A stretch of DNA of 64,000 bases from the IMG/VR virus record IMGVR_UViG_2740892367_000002, positions 1-64,000 of that record, one strand, 5' to 3'. Made by a program: the position numbers and the translations under genes. Numbering within the stretch: position 1 is the stretch's first letter; each line of letters starts with the position of its first letter. Positions 45,804 to 54,859 of this stretch are shown in pieces. Source of the DNA: a virus (Duplodnaviria; Caudoviricetes). The notes under the pieces were generated by a model, which had not been told where the DNA came from, did not search any database, and was given only the letters and a program-made list of their open reading frames with translations.

Positions 45804-46960
45804 GCCGGCACCTCACCAGGCAATGCGGCCCTGAGCACCGCACGGTTGCCGCTGCTGTCCATCGAGGTCACAACGCCGCGGGACTCCATCGTCTCGAGCA
45901 AGCGCGCTGCGCGGTTGTATCCGATGCGAAGGTGACGCTGCACGTAGGAGATCGATGGGCGCTTGCAGGCCATGACGACTTCAACGGCTTGCTCATAGAG
46001 CGGATCGGCCTCGCCATCCGGAGCAGCGTCGGCGTCCGCGCGTTCGATCAGATCGCCAGCTTCGGCTGCGCTGCGCTCGCCGCCCAGCGCCTGCACCAGA
46101 TCAGCGAGCATCCCAGCCAGTTCGCCAGCCATCAGCATAAAGTCGGCATCGAACCGCTCGTCTGCGTCGTGGATGGAGGCATCGGCCGATTCCTTGATGA
46201 CATCCAGCGGCGCTACGCGCTTGATCGTCAGGGAGTCGGTCAGCACGAGCGATACCCGGTCATTCCAGGTCATGGCGAGGCGCGTGCAGCGCTTGCCGGC
46301 GGCAATATGCTTGGCCACGTCCGCGGTATCCGGTGCCTGCTTGGCAATGCGGATGGATGCGCGGCTCTCGCCCAAGGATTCCAGCGTGGTGTCGTCATCC
46401 ACGGTGAAGCCCGCTGGCGCGGTATCGGTGGCCAGCCACTCCGTCATGGCGGCGACGGGCGAGAGATTCACGTAAAGCTGGTGCGCCGGCAGCCCATCGA
46501 CCGCCTTGAACAGCATTCCCATGATGGCGTCGCGCTTCGCGGCCGCCGCAGCATCGACCACCAGCCAACCGTTTCGCGTGTCGAACCAGGCATGGGTCAG
46601 GGTCTTGATGCTGAATGCCTTTGGGAGCAGTTCCTCGATCAGCTGTTCCTTGAGCTCGCGCATCTGCTTCCGGCCCGGCTTGAAGCCTTGCTGCTCTTCG
46701 AGCTCGGCGGCGCGGGCCTTGGTGGCGTCGCGGACGACAGACGAGGGCAGCAGTTTCCTCTCCGTCTGCAGGGCGATTAGGAGATTGCCGCCCACCTCAT
46801 GCACAAGGCCCGTACCGTCGCGCGGCGCGGCGAAGCCTTGAGTCTCCGCCTCGAGGCTGGTGCAGGGGATGAAGGCATGCTTCTGGAGTGCGGCGGCCAG
46901 ATCGGCGGCGCTCAGCGTGAAGTTCGGGAGTCGATAAATCGACAGGTTCTTGAACCACAT
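45800..46960 (-). CDS. rdgC: RdgC fused to C-terminal FtsK gamma-like domain
   Basis: [11 protein letters not shown]...FDADFMLM (RdgC) then DPLYEQAV...[19 protein letters not shown]. Confidence 0.88.
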   Translation of the reverse strand: MWFKNLSIYRLPNFTLSAADLAAALQKHAFIPCTSLEAETQGFAAPRDGTGLVHEVGGNLLIALQTERKLLPSSVVRDATKARAAELEEQQGFKPGRKQMRELKEQLIEELLPKAFSIKTLTHAWFDTRNGWLVVDAAAAAKRDAIMGMLFKAVDGLPAHQLYVNLSPVAAMTEWLATDTAPAGFTVDDDTTLESLGESRASIRIAKQAPDTADVAKHIAAGKRCTRLAMTWNDRVSLVLTDSLTIKRVAPLDVIKESADASIHDADERFDADFMLMAGELAGMLADLVQALGGERSAAEAGDLIERADADAAPDGEADPLYEQAVEVVMACKRPSISYVQRHLRIGYNRAARLLETMESRGVVTSMDSSGNRAVLRAALPGEVPA

Positions 46961-46982
46961 ACGGGATATCCTCGATTGGGTT

Positions 46983-47618
46983 TCAGGCGGCCAGCTTGCG
47001 CAGCTCGGCCACGTTGCTCTCTACGAGCTGGTCAAATTCCAGAAGGTCTTCGACCATGGCGTCGATGTAGTCGTCATCCCGCTTGATGCGCCAGCGGAAG
47101 AAGTCCTTGCCGATGGCTTTCAGGGCGGGGCAGTAGATCCCGAAATCCCAGTAGCGGCGGCCGGACAGCCAGAGGTTTCCTTGGACCTGGTCCATGTACT
47201 TCGCTAGGTCGTGACCGATGAGTGTCGTGCGCAGCTCGGCGGGCGAGATGAGGCACTTGTACTCGGCACCGCCGTCGGCGCCGATCCAGCCGTCCGCGCT
47301 GGCACCGAACTTGCCGTCATCGGAAAGCACCATGCCGACGGGCTGCACGTACACTCCGATATCAGCCTGGTGGGCGACGCGCGCGTCCGCTTCCAGTTCG
47401 CTGCCGCGGCGCATTTGCCAAGTCTCATGGCCGCCGTCCAACGGTTCTCCGCTCAATATCTCGATTGCCAAACGGAAGGCATAGTCCAGAGCGGCGTCAG
47501 TGCGCTCGTTGCTGTTCTTCTTGCGAGAGCGGGCGACACGGAACATGCTGGCGGTACAAACGCCCGCGCGGCTGGCGATCCAGGTTGCATCGCCTTGGAT
47601 GCAGGTGACGATCTTCAC
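46983..47618 (-). CDS. YqaJ-like exonuclease
   Basis: [30 protein letters not shown]. Confidence 0.85.
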   Translation of the reverse strand: MKIVTCIQGDATWIASRAGVCTASMFRVARSRKKNSNERTDAALDYAFRLAIEILSGEPLDGGHETWQMRRGSELEADARVAHQADIGVYVQPVGMVLSDDGKFGASADGWIGADGGAEYKCLISPAELRTTLIGHDLAKYMDQVQGNLWLSGRRYWDFGIYCPALKAIGKDFFRWRIKRDDDYIDAMVEDLLEFDQLVESNVAELRKLAA

Positions 47619-48289
47619 GCGGCCTCCCGCAGTTCTTGAGTCCGCTGGTTGTAGTAGTCGGCGTACTTGGCCTTTTCTTCCTTGCTCAGACCGGACATGA
47701 CTTTGCTAAGCGCGCCGATGGTGGTGGCATCACGCATCTCCGGATGCACGAGCGCATTGATCGGCGCGGTACCGGCCTCGCCATCGCCGGGCGCTTGGCC
47801 GTCTTCATCCAGATCATCATCGGCGGCTACGCCCAGCATCGAGCCCACGACGTAGCGGCGCAGATAGGTCACGTAGGCGCCGAAGTCCTTGATTTCGCCC
47901 TCGCGTCCGCGCGGCACGTCCAACAGCGATTCCATGCGGGCGCCTGACTTGTGGCCCAGGATGGTGCGCAGGTGGATGCCACCGGTCGGCTTGTTGGTTA
48001 CCAACTGCGTCAGCGCAAATCCGTTTGTAGCCAGTGCCGGAGTGGTCTTCGTGCGAATCTCTTCCAGGTCGGCGTAGCGGAAAGAGTAAGGGGCCTTCTC
48101 CTTCGGGCGGATGGTCACCGCGCGGTTCTTCACCAGCGGCTCGAATGCGCCCTGTGCTGAAGCGAGGGCGCCAAAAAACTCGCCGAGTCCGCCATCCCCG
48201 CCGGGGGCGGGGATTAGGTTGATGTCGATCGATTGCATCGTCAGGTCGTTCACGATGAAGTCGCGGCCGTGGATTTCCTGATCGCTCAC
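47615..48289 (-). CDS. erf: ERF-family ssDNA annealing protein
   Basis: YADLEEI, GHKSG, GAYVTYLRRY...GVAADDDLD. Confidence 0.85.
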   Translation of the reverse strand: MSDQEIHGRDFIVNDLTMQSIDINLIPAPGGDGGLGEFFGALASAQGAFEPLVKNRAVTIRPKEKAPYSFRYADLEEIRTKTTPALATNGFALTQLVTNKPTGGIHLRTILGHKSGARMESLLDVPRGREGEIKDFGAYVTYLRRYVVGSMLGVAADDDLDEDGQAPGDGEAGTAPINALVHPEMRDATTIGALSKVMSGLSKEEKAKYADYYNQRTQELREAA

Positions 48290-49524
48290 GCTTGGCTCCC
48301 GGTGGCGGCATTGATGGCGACGTCGATGCGGTCGGCGAGATCGCCGACCGGCACATGTGCGCGGGCTTCGGTAAGCAGAGAGAGCAGGGTGCCAGCCTGT
48401 GCGCGCACGCGCGCGGCGGCAGCTTCGGCGGCTTCCTGCTCGCGACGGCGGGCCTCGGCTTCGTCGCGCTGGCGCTTTTCCTCGTCGGCACGTGCCTCAG
48501 CCTGCCGGCGCCCTTCGGCCTCGCGCTCCGCGGCTTCCTTGGCTTCCTGCTCTTCGCGGACCTTGCGAGCGGCCGCCTCTGCGGCTTCCTGCTCGCGGCG
48601 AGCCTTGTCCGCGCGGAGTTGCGCCAGTTCCTCGGCATCGCGCGCGGCGTCCAGCATGGTGTTCAGGTTGCCCAGCGCGGCTTCGATCGCAGCGCCGGCA
48701 TCGGCCTGGAACTCGCCGAAGTCGTCGGCAGCTTCCCGTGCCAGCGCATCGATACGCTGCTGGATCTGCTTCACACCCAGGCCAATGCAGGTGTTCGGAG
48801 CCATCTCGATCGCGCGGATACGGTCCTTGATGCCTTCGACGCGCTGGCGCTCGGCATCGGCTTTTTCCTCTTCGGCGCGGCGGGCGGCGGCTTCAGCTTC
48901 CTGCTGCGCCTTCATGGCCGCCAGTTCCTCACGCGCCTTGGCATTGTCCAGATGGGCGCGCAGTGTGGTCAGGGCTGTGTCGACGGCTTCCTTGGCCTGG
49001 TCGGCGTATTCCTCCCAGTCGTGCGCGCCTAGGTATTCCGGAGATTCCAAGTCGTGAATGGCGGCCGCCACGTCTGTGGACGGCGCCGATAGGTAGTCGC
49101 GCGGCAGCATGGCGATTGCAATCAGGCAAGCCTGATGGGCGCTGACGCGTGCGGATTCGGCCTTAGCCTTGGCGATGCGCTCTTCTTCCTTGCGGCGCTC
49201 GTCAGCCTTGATCTGGTCGTAGACAGGCGTCTCCACCTTCTCGACTTCGCTGATGATGTAGTCGCGCTTCTCCCGGGCCTGTTTCTGGATAGCCATGACC
49301 GGCCGGTTCCAGTTGGTGTAGGCCTCCTGTGCCGCCGTGCGGGTGCTGACGCAGCGTTGCACGAACTCACGTGCAGCCTTGTTGCCTTCCTTCGTGGCCA
49401 CGTCGAAGGCTTCCTTGCTGGCGTCGCGCAGTTCAGCCAGGCCGGCTTCGATTGCGTCGTACTTCAGGACCGCGACAGACGTTTCCGGGACGGCGTCTAG
49501 AACTACGGTTTCAGGTGTTTCCAT
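48286..49524 (-). CDS. Long coiled-coil protein
   Basis: E/A/R-rich; upstream of the recombination genes. Confidence 0.75.
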   Translation of the reverse strand: METPETVVLDAVPETSVAVLKYDAIEAGLAELRDASKEAFDVATKEGNKAAREFVQRCVSTRTAAQEAYTNWNRPVMAIQKQAREKRDYIISEVEKVETPVYDQIKADERRKEEERIAKAKAESARVSAHQACLIAIAMLPRDYLSAPSTDVAAAIHDLESPEYLGAHDWEEYADQAKEAVDTALTTLRAHLDNAKAREELAAMKAQQEAEAAARRAEEEKADAERQRVEGIKDRIRAIEMAPNTCIGLGVKQIQQRIDALAREAADDFGEFQADAGAAIEAALGNLNTMLDAARDAEELAQLRADKARREQEAAEAAARKVREEQEAKEAAEREAEGRRQAEARADEEKRQRDEAEARRREQEAAEAAAARVRAQAGTLLSLLTEARAHVPVGDLADRIDVAINAATGSQA

Positions 49525-49807
49525 GATGGTCGGCTCAGATGGAAGTGACTTTGATCTTGGTGGCGCCTTTCTCCAGCGCCTGGATGACGACGTCGACGCT
49601 GCACTGAGCGACGGCGATGTATTCGGTCTTGTTGTCGATGACCACTCGGAACTTGCGAAGCGACGGCATGGCGGGCTCCTTACGGATGGATGAACAGCGA
49701 GCCGCTTTCATCGACAGCGGCGTAGAGCAGCACGATGGCGAGGGCCAGTAGGGTGCCGAACCACAAGGGATGCCGGCGTTCGAACTCGTAGATGAATTGC
49801 CAGCCCT

Positions 49808-50095
49808 TCATGCCGTCACCCCGAAAGCGAAGCGGCGCTCTTCGCGCTGGCGATCTGCTGCTTCGCAGGCCGCGGCGGCTTCGTTGTCAAGGTGGGCTTC
49901 CAGAGCCAGACCGCCGATCTCGTCCAGGTCGTGCAGATGCGTGACATCAACGCCGCTATCGGTGACGGTGTCCACCTCGAAGTGTTCGTCCTCGCCCGGC
50001 TGCTCGAGCGTGGCGTCATACCCACGACGGTAGGTGCCAGACACCTTCATGGCTGTGCCGTTGTGATTGATCGCTACGGTGGTCATGGTGGTCAC
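49808..50095 (-). CDS. Phage hypothetical protein
   Basis: 95 aa, overlapping start/stop. Confidence 0.55.
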   Translation of the reverse strand: MTTMTTVAINHNGTAMKVSGTYRRGYDATLEQPGEDEHFEVDTVTDSGVDVTHLHDLDEIGGLALEAHLDNEAAAACEAADRQREERRFAFGVTA

Positions 50096-50460
50096 ACCCC
50101 GTAATAGCGAACTTCGAGGACGTGCTCACCCGTGGCCGGATTGAGGCGAGGGCGGCCGATGGAAGGGCTGCGCTGGTTGTCGATCTTGGCGAACAGCGCA
50201 CGGGCGCGTTCCTGCAGCGCCACCAGATCACGGCAGCGCAGGGTGTGCACTCCACCACTGCCATTCGGGCGATGGCTCTCGCGGACCGGGTTGGACGGGC
50301 ACACGCCGGGCTGCGTCAGTAATTCAGCCCGGAGCGAGTTGTATAGCGCGAGCTGCTGCGCCTGGCCCAGCGGCTGACCGTCGCCGATAGACAAGAAGGT
50401 GATCAACGCTGCTGTGCGCGTTTCTGGCTTGATCCTGCTGACGATCTCGGCTGGGGACAT
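50092..50460 (-). CDS. First gene of prophage 2 PL operon, hypothetical
   Basis: 122 aa, GGAG RBS, downstream of OL. Confidence 0.6.
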   Translation of the reverse strand: MSPAEIVSRIKPETRTAALITFLSIGDGQPLGQAQQLALYNSLRAELLTQPGVCPSNPVRESHRPNGSGGVHTLRCRDLVALQERARALFAKIDNQRSPSIGRPRLNPATGEHVLEVRYYGV

Positions 50461-50527
50461 GCTTCACTCCATCGGTTGGCCGCTGCCTGCTCGGTGCTGG
50501 TGCGGTGTTGATGGAATGAATTTTTAC

Positions 50528-50560
50528 ACAACAAAAACGTGTAATGCAACAAAAAGTTGT
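50528..50560 (-). promoter_or_regulatory. OL operators of prophage 2
   Basis: ACAACAAAAACGTGT and CAACAAAAAGTTGT, inverse of the OR boxes at 52467-52526. Confidence 0.72.
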
Positions 50561-50619
50561 TTTTTGTTTCGAGGTTACGAATGCGGCACAGCGGTACAGG
50601 GTTCACGTGAATGGCGCCG

Positions 50620-50922
50620 TCAGCCGGAATTCTCAGCCAGGCGCACCGAAAAAGTCAGATGCCCGATCGCATCTGCCATCAGTTGGACAGCCAGCAGAGG
50701 GTCGGCTGAGCCGAGCCTTGTGGTTGCGTCCACCATTGCTTCGATCGCGGCGGATGGATCTTCTGCGTAGATGCCGGTGATCTTCGCTTTATAGGAGCCA
50801 TCTGGCTGATGCTGGAGTCTGATTTGATCTTCGATCAGGCCGTCTGGCGGCCGCGTTCTGAGACACCCCTCAGCCTGCTCGCGCCCTTCCCGAAAGGCGG
50901 CCAGGTCAATTACCGAATTCAT
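50620..50922 (-). CDS. Small hypothetical protein with its own upstream operator-like pair
   Basis: MNSVIDLAAFRE start; between the immunity terminator and OL. Confidence 0.6.
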   Translation of the reverse strand: MNSVIDLAAFREGREQAEGCLRTRPPDGLIEDQIRLQHQPDGSYKAKITGIYAEDPSAAIEAMVDATTRLGSADPLLAVQLMADAIGHLTFSVRLAENSG

Positions 50923-51014
50923 GCTTCTTCTATTTTTTGGCACAGACAATCCGTGCCTTTCAAGAGCATTTCGGCGGGGTCGGGCGTAGTGGGGAACCCT
51001 ACAAACGTGGGAGT

Positions 51015-51049
51015 CAGGTTTGCCTGAAGCCTGGCGGCAGAGCTGCCTG
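51015..51049. promoter_or_regulatory. Paired operator-like boxes
   Basis: CAGGTTTGCCTG (51015) and CAGAGCTGCCTG (51038); same arrangement at 53191/53214. Confidence 0.55.
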
Positions 51050-51071
51050 CCGGCGAGGGCGCAGTACCTGG

Positions 51072-51099
51072 AAAAGAACAAAGCCCGCTCAACGCGGGC
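51072..51099 (-). terminator. Terminator of the prophage 2 immunity transcript
   Basis: Minus-strand GCCCGC-GTTGA-GCGGGC-TTTGTTCTTTT. Confidence 0.7.
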
Positions 51100-51107
51100 C
51101 CGGATGG

Positions 51108-51407
51108 TTAGAACTGGTAGTTGTTTTTGCGCTGGCCCCCCTGTGGCTGCAGGCCATACGACTTGTTGTACTGGGGCGGGTTGCTGTACTCGTCCCGCTG
51201 GTGGCCGCGCTGGCCCGTATAGGGATTCACGCCGCCATACTGGTTGTTCTCGGCGTTCAGATTGTTGTTCCGGTACTGATCCGGATTGGACCTGACGTAG
51301 CCCTCCCGGTAGTTGCCGTTCTTGTCGACATGGGGGCGGACGTAAGTCTGGGCGCTGACGCTGGTTGCGCACACAAGCAGCGCAGCGAGTATCGGAAGAG
51401 TTTTCAT
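51108..51407 (-). CDS. Small secreted protein
   Basis: Signal peptide ending VSA-Q; YVRPHVDKNGNYREGYVRSNPD, GVNPYTGQRG. Confidence 0.72.
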   Translation of the reverse strand: MKTLPILAALLVCATSVSAQTYVRPHVDKNGNYREGYVRSNPDQYRNNNLNAENNQYGGVNPYTGQRGHQRDEYSNPPQYNKSYGLQPQGGQRKNNYQF

Positions 51408-51481
51408 CGTGATGGCCTGTTCCCTAGGAAACCCAGAGTAACGGACGCGGCGAGCATCGGCGCCCCCACGGAAGTAGGGCG

Positions 51482-52006
51482 CTATTCCTCTTCAGCGCCT
51501 TGCTGTTCCTCGGCATAGGCTTGGCAGCCTTCGATGAAAGACTGTGACTTTCCGCCGCAATCATCAGGGTCTGTGATCCCGTTTTCCTCTGCCCAGTCAT
51601 ATCCAGCCTCGTGGCCGGAGCAATCCTGAGTGCATAGATAGCCGTTGAATTGGAGAGGCGGCAGCCGAGCCGCGGAGTTGCGGTCGATAGGGCGAGGCAC
51701 CCGGGATTCAAAGTAGCGCTGCAGTTCGCCGGTATCGATACCCTTGTGGGCTGCGATGGCGGGCACGACACGATCACGGTAGACCTGCCAGATCATCAGT
51801 TTCTCCAGCGGGCCGACAGAGTTGAAGTTCTCCTGTGCCTTGAACTTGCTCCACGACGGGAGCGGGAGCTCATCGGATTTCTGTGCTGGCGCGGGAAGTG
51901 GCTGGGGAGCGGCGGCTGAGACGGTACCGGGCGCGGGCCCCTTTTCTTGCTGCCCGCAACCTATCGCAAAAAGGCATGCACTAGCGAGTGCCACCACCCG
52001 GTTCAT
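51482..52006 (-). CDS. Lipoprotein with Cys-rich C-terminal domain
   Basis: FAIG-C lipobox; CTQDCSGHEAGYDWAE...C...SFIEGC; ATGA overlap with repressor stop. Confidence 0.72.
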   Translation of the reverse strand: MNRVVALASACLFAIGCGQQEKGPAPGTVSAAAPQPLPAPAQKSDELPLPSWSKFKAQENFNSVGPLEKLMIWQVYRDRVVPAIAAHKGIDTGELQRYFESRVPRPIDRNSAARLPPLQFNGYLCTQDCSGHEAGYDWAEENGITDPDDCGGKSQSFIEGCQAYAEEQQGAEEE

Positions 52007-52455
52007 TTCGAACTGCGCCGAGGCTTAGCCTGCTCCGGATGCATGCCGGTGAACTCGATCACCTTCTTCTTCCGCGCAAACAGAGGCTGCTCGGCCAGGC
52101 AGCCCGCAATGAACTTGCTCACCACTGCGTCCAGATTTGCCCGGTTTTCAGGGCTCAATCGGTCGAAGTCTGCCCGGGGAATGGAGAACGGCCACGACTC
52201 TTCGGCCAGTGCCGCAACAGATGGCTGAGGGGGGGTGGCCGGCGCCGGGGCGCGCTCTGCGCCAAACATTAGCGTTTCCTCGGATAGCTGAAGCGCCTGA
52301 GCCACTGCGGCAACGCGCGCGCGCTTCGGCGCGATCTCGTCGGCGAGCCACTTTCTGACCGTCTCATAGCTGACGCCTACCTCGTCCGCCAACCACTTTG
52401 GCGACTTCTCGAGGCGTGTAAGAGCGCTGCGGATTCTTGAGCCGATCGTATCCAT
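52003..52455 (-). CDS. cI: Prophage 2 repressor (XRE HTH, no S24 domain)
   Basis: SPKWLADEVGVSYETVRKW HTH; WPFS motif; divergent from cro-like gene across operators. Confidence 0.78.
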   Translation of the reverse strand: MDTIGSRIRSALTRLEKSPKWLADEVGVSYETVRKWLADEIAPKRARVAAVAQALQLSEETLMFGAERAPAPATPPQPSVAALAEESWPFSIPRADFDRLSPENRANLDAVVSKFIAGCLAEQPLFARKKKVIEFTGMHPEQAKPRRSSK

Positions 52456-52466
52456 CCGCGAAGAAT

Positions 52467-52526
52467 ACAACTTTATGTTGTACATGGCACCACACGTTTT
52501 TGTTGTGATATGCACGTTTTTGTTGT
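52467..52526. promoter_or_regulatory. OR operators of prophage 2
   Basis: ACAACTTTATGTTGT, ACACGTTTTTGTTGT, GCACGTTTTTGTTGT. Confidence 0.78.
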
Positions 52527-52554
52527 ACGCTCCGAATCAAATTGGAGCTTACGC

Positions 52555-52821
52555 ATGTGCGCTATCGAAAGGTTGGTTGAGTTGAACGGCGGGCCCGTCG
52601 CAGTGGCGAGGGCGCTAGACGACGTCGTCGCCTATCAGGAAGTTCAGCGCTGGGTGAAGCGGGGCTACGGCGCGCCGAAACACTTTCAGCGACTGGTCGC
52701 GTTGCTTCCGCAAGGGATGGCGATTGACGACCTGTTTGCCGACATGCCGTCCAGCAAGGGGCGGAAGCTTGGTCGTAAGGGGCCGTCTGCGGCCGATTCT
52801 CACCACCGGGCTGCGGCATGA
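52555..52821 (+). CDS. cro: Cro-like regulator
   Basis: GGPVAVARAL...YQEVQRWVKRG; position opposite repressor. Confidence 0.7.
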   Translation: MCAIERLVELNGGPVAVARALDDVVAYQEVQRWVKRGYGAPKHFQRLVALLPQGMAIDDLFADMPSSKGRKLGRKGPSAADSHHRAAA

Positions 52822-52827
52822 CCGCGC

Positions 52828-53163
52828 CTATCCCTTTCCATCAATCGCGCGCTGCAGCCGCTCAAGCTCGAGCACGAGCGAGCGGGCGGTGTTCAGGCAT
52901 TTCGCAACAGCCTCGCGCTGATCTGTCAGAGGGATATCCGACTTATACGGGCGGCCAGTGCCTGTCGACAGCCAGTCTGCTGAAACGCCCAGCGCCTTCG
53001 CGATCGCGTTTGTGTGCCGGCTTCCCTTCGCGTTTCGCGCAGGGTCGAGCAGGTGGTGGATGGACTGCGGGCGAATGCCGACCCGCAGCGCGAGTGCCCG
53101 GCCGGAAGTCGGCGGGTCTGTTTGCGCCATCGCCCAGCGTAGCCGTTCGCCATACGTGTACAT
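52828..53163 (-). CDS. Second XRE-family regulator, convergent with cro
   Basis: YGERLRWAM...SGRALALRVGIRPQSI...AIAKALGVSADWLSTG. Confidence 0.78.
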   Translation of the reverse strand: MYTYGERLRWAMAQTDPPTSGRALALRVGIRPQSIHHLLDPARNAKGSRHTNAIAKALGVSADWLSTGTGRPYKSDIPLTDQREAVAKCLNTARSLVLELERLQRAIDGKG

Positions 53164-53190
53164 GCGCCGCAGTTTGTCATTGCCCCTATG

Positions 53191-53225
53191 CAGGTTTGCC
53201 TGCTTTTTCGTTGCAGAGCGCTCTG
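53191..53225. promoter_or_regulatory. Paired operator-like boxes upstream of second XRE gene
   Basis: CAGGTTTGCCTG (53191) and palindromic CAGAGCGCTCTG (53214). Confidence 0.6.
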
Positions 53226-53283
53226 TCACGAAGGACGAGCTTTTCGAGTACCCGACCGCTTGATTGACCCGCAGGCGGTTTTC

Positions 53284-53314
53284 CCCAAGCGCTTCGGCGC
53301 CTGGGCTTTTTATT
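53284..53314 (+). terminator. tR-like intrinsic terminator
   Basis: CCCAAGCGC-TTCG-GCGCCTGGG then C-TTTTTATT. Confidence 0.65.
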
Positions 53315-53468
53315 CCTGATGCCCGACTACCCAATGACCCAACGTCAAACACAACCGAACGCAGTGGTTTCGACCGCCGGGCCGGGTGTCGGGCTGTCGC
53401 CTTGCTCACTGCGGCGCGCCACGTGTGGCCAGCGCCAAGCAGGGCAGGCAGCTCAGCACGTGCTGCCT

Positions 53469-53765
53469 TCACAGCGCGCCCGCCAGCAGCAGGTCCATGT
53501 GCTCATCGATGTCCGCGAAGACTTCCGCGGTCTCTTCAAGCAGCAGGGCCTGCTCCGCAGGGTGGCGCTTGGTGTCGGTGCCGGCCTCCTGAATCTGCGC
53601 CAGGTTGTTCCGCACCACGTCGCGCATTGCCTCGCCGAGCTGATCGGCGTAGAGGCGCAGCACCAGTTGCCGCAGGACGAACAGTTGCAGCCGCACGTTC
53701 CGGTGTTCCAGATCGTGCTCAGTCAGCGGATTCGCTTTGATGGTCGTCGCTTCGTCGGTCGCCAT
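53469..53765 (-). CDS. Hypothetical protein, antisense to the PR operon
   Basis: MATDEATTIK with GAGGAAAG RBS; helical; competes with + ORF 53319-53783. Confidence 0.45.
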   Translation of the reverse strand: MATDEATTIKANPLTEHDLEHRNVRLQLFVLRQLVLRLYADQLGEAMRDVVRNNLAQIQEAGTDTKRHPAEQALLLEETAEVFADIDEHMDLLLAGAL

Positions 53766-53799
53766 GTGCCCGCTTTCCTCTAACCGTTGATTGATTCCC

Positions 53800-54078
53800 A
53801 TGACCCAAGAGATTCCCGTCTTCGCCCGAAGCCCGAACAGCCACCCGCTTGGGAAGCTGACCTGGCAATCCAAGGTCGATCTGCCAGAGATCGTCGGCGA
53901 GGAAATCGTCAGCCGTGCAAGCCAGTGCGGCATGACGACCGCCGAGATGATTCGCGAGGTCCTGAGCTGGTGGGCGTGTCCCGAACTGATGCAAAGCGTA
54001 CTAGACCAGCGCGCGAAAGTCGCGAGGGGAAATCTGGCAGGAAACGTACTGAAATCCCAATTTGGGCCCGACGAATGA
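53800..54078 (+). CDS. Putative regulator (cII position)
   Basis: GKLT..KVDLPE...GMTTAEMIREVL, ribbon-helix-helix-like. Confidence 0.55.
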   Translation: MTQEIPVFARSPNSHPLGKLTWQSKVDLPEIVGEEIVSRASQCGMTTAEMIREVLSWWACPELMQSVLDQRAKVARGNLAGNVLKSQFGPDE

Positions 54079-54677
54079 GCGAACTGAAGGAAGTTCCTGT
54101 GCCTGGGTACGAGGGTTACTACAAGGTGGACGAAGTCGGCCGGATTCACTCGGTAGACCGAGTGATCAAGGGGCGCGGCGGCATGGATGTGCACCTCCCC
54201 GGAAAGCCTCTCCGTTCGACCCTGCTCAAGAGTGGGTACACGACGGTGGCACTGAGCAAGGACGGTCGGCCCAAGACGTTTGCCGCTCATCGGCTGGTTT
54301 GCCTTGCGTTCCATGGGGTGCCGGAGCACGACCGTATGGAAGTAAATCACAAGAACGGTGTGCGTCACGACAACCGCGCCGACAACTTGGAATGGGTAAC
54401 TGCTGCCCAGAACACCGCTCACGCATATCAGGTTCTCGGCCGCCAGGCGTCTCGAAGTATGACCGGGCGGTCTGGGGCGCTCAGCCCGAACGCGCGGCCG
54501 GTCGAGTCGTATGACCTAGTGAGCGGCGCTGTTGTCGCTCGATACCCAGCAGCCATTTTGGCGCAGAAAAGCGGCTTCAGCGCATCAGTCATCACGGCAT
54601 GTGTGAAGGGAAGGCGAATCTCGCACGGGGGCTACGGCTGGCGTTACAGCGAGAAGAAAAACGAGGTTATTTGCTGA
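54075..54677 (+). CDS. NUMOD4-HNH homing endonuclease
   Basis: VPGYEGYYKV..GRIHS (NUMOD4); HRLV..AF...VNHKNG.RHDNRADNLEWVT. Confidence 0.88.
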   Translation: MSELKEVPVPGYEGYYKVDEVGRIHSVDRVIKGRGGMDVHLPGKPLRSTLLKSGYTTVALSKDGRPKTFAAHRLVCLAFHGVPEHDRMEVNHKNGVRHDNRADNLEWVTAAQNTAHAYQVLGRQASRSMTGRSGALSPNARPVESYDLVSGAVVARYPAAILAQKSGFSASVITACVKGRRISHGGYGWRYSEKKNEVIC

Positions 54678-54712
54678 TCAACGCGGCCGCAGGCCGCACC
54701 GGGGGATGTGAA

Positions 54713-54859
54713 ATGGATCAGGTTCGATTGCGCGAAGCGATTCGAGAGGAAGGCGTGCGCGCAGCGCGCGATGGCAAGCCGATAAGCGAGTGCCGCTATG
54801 AAGAGGGCACTGACGCTCGCGACGAGTGGGAAAAGGGCTATGGCGGGGATGCACAATGA
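54713..54859 (+). CDS. Small Rmf/CrpP-like protein
   Basis: EEGVRAARDGKPISECRY...RDEWEKGY pattern. Confidence 0.55.
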   Translation: MDQVRLREAIREEGVRAARDGKPISECRYEEGTDARDEWEKGYGGDAQ

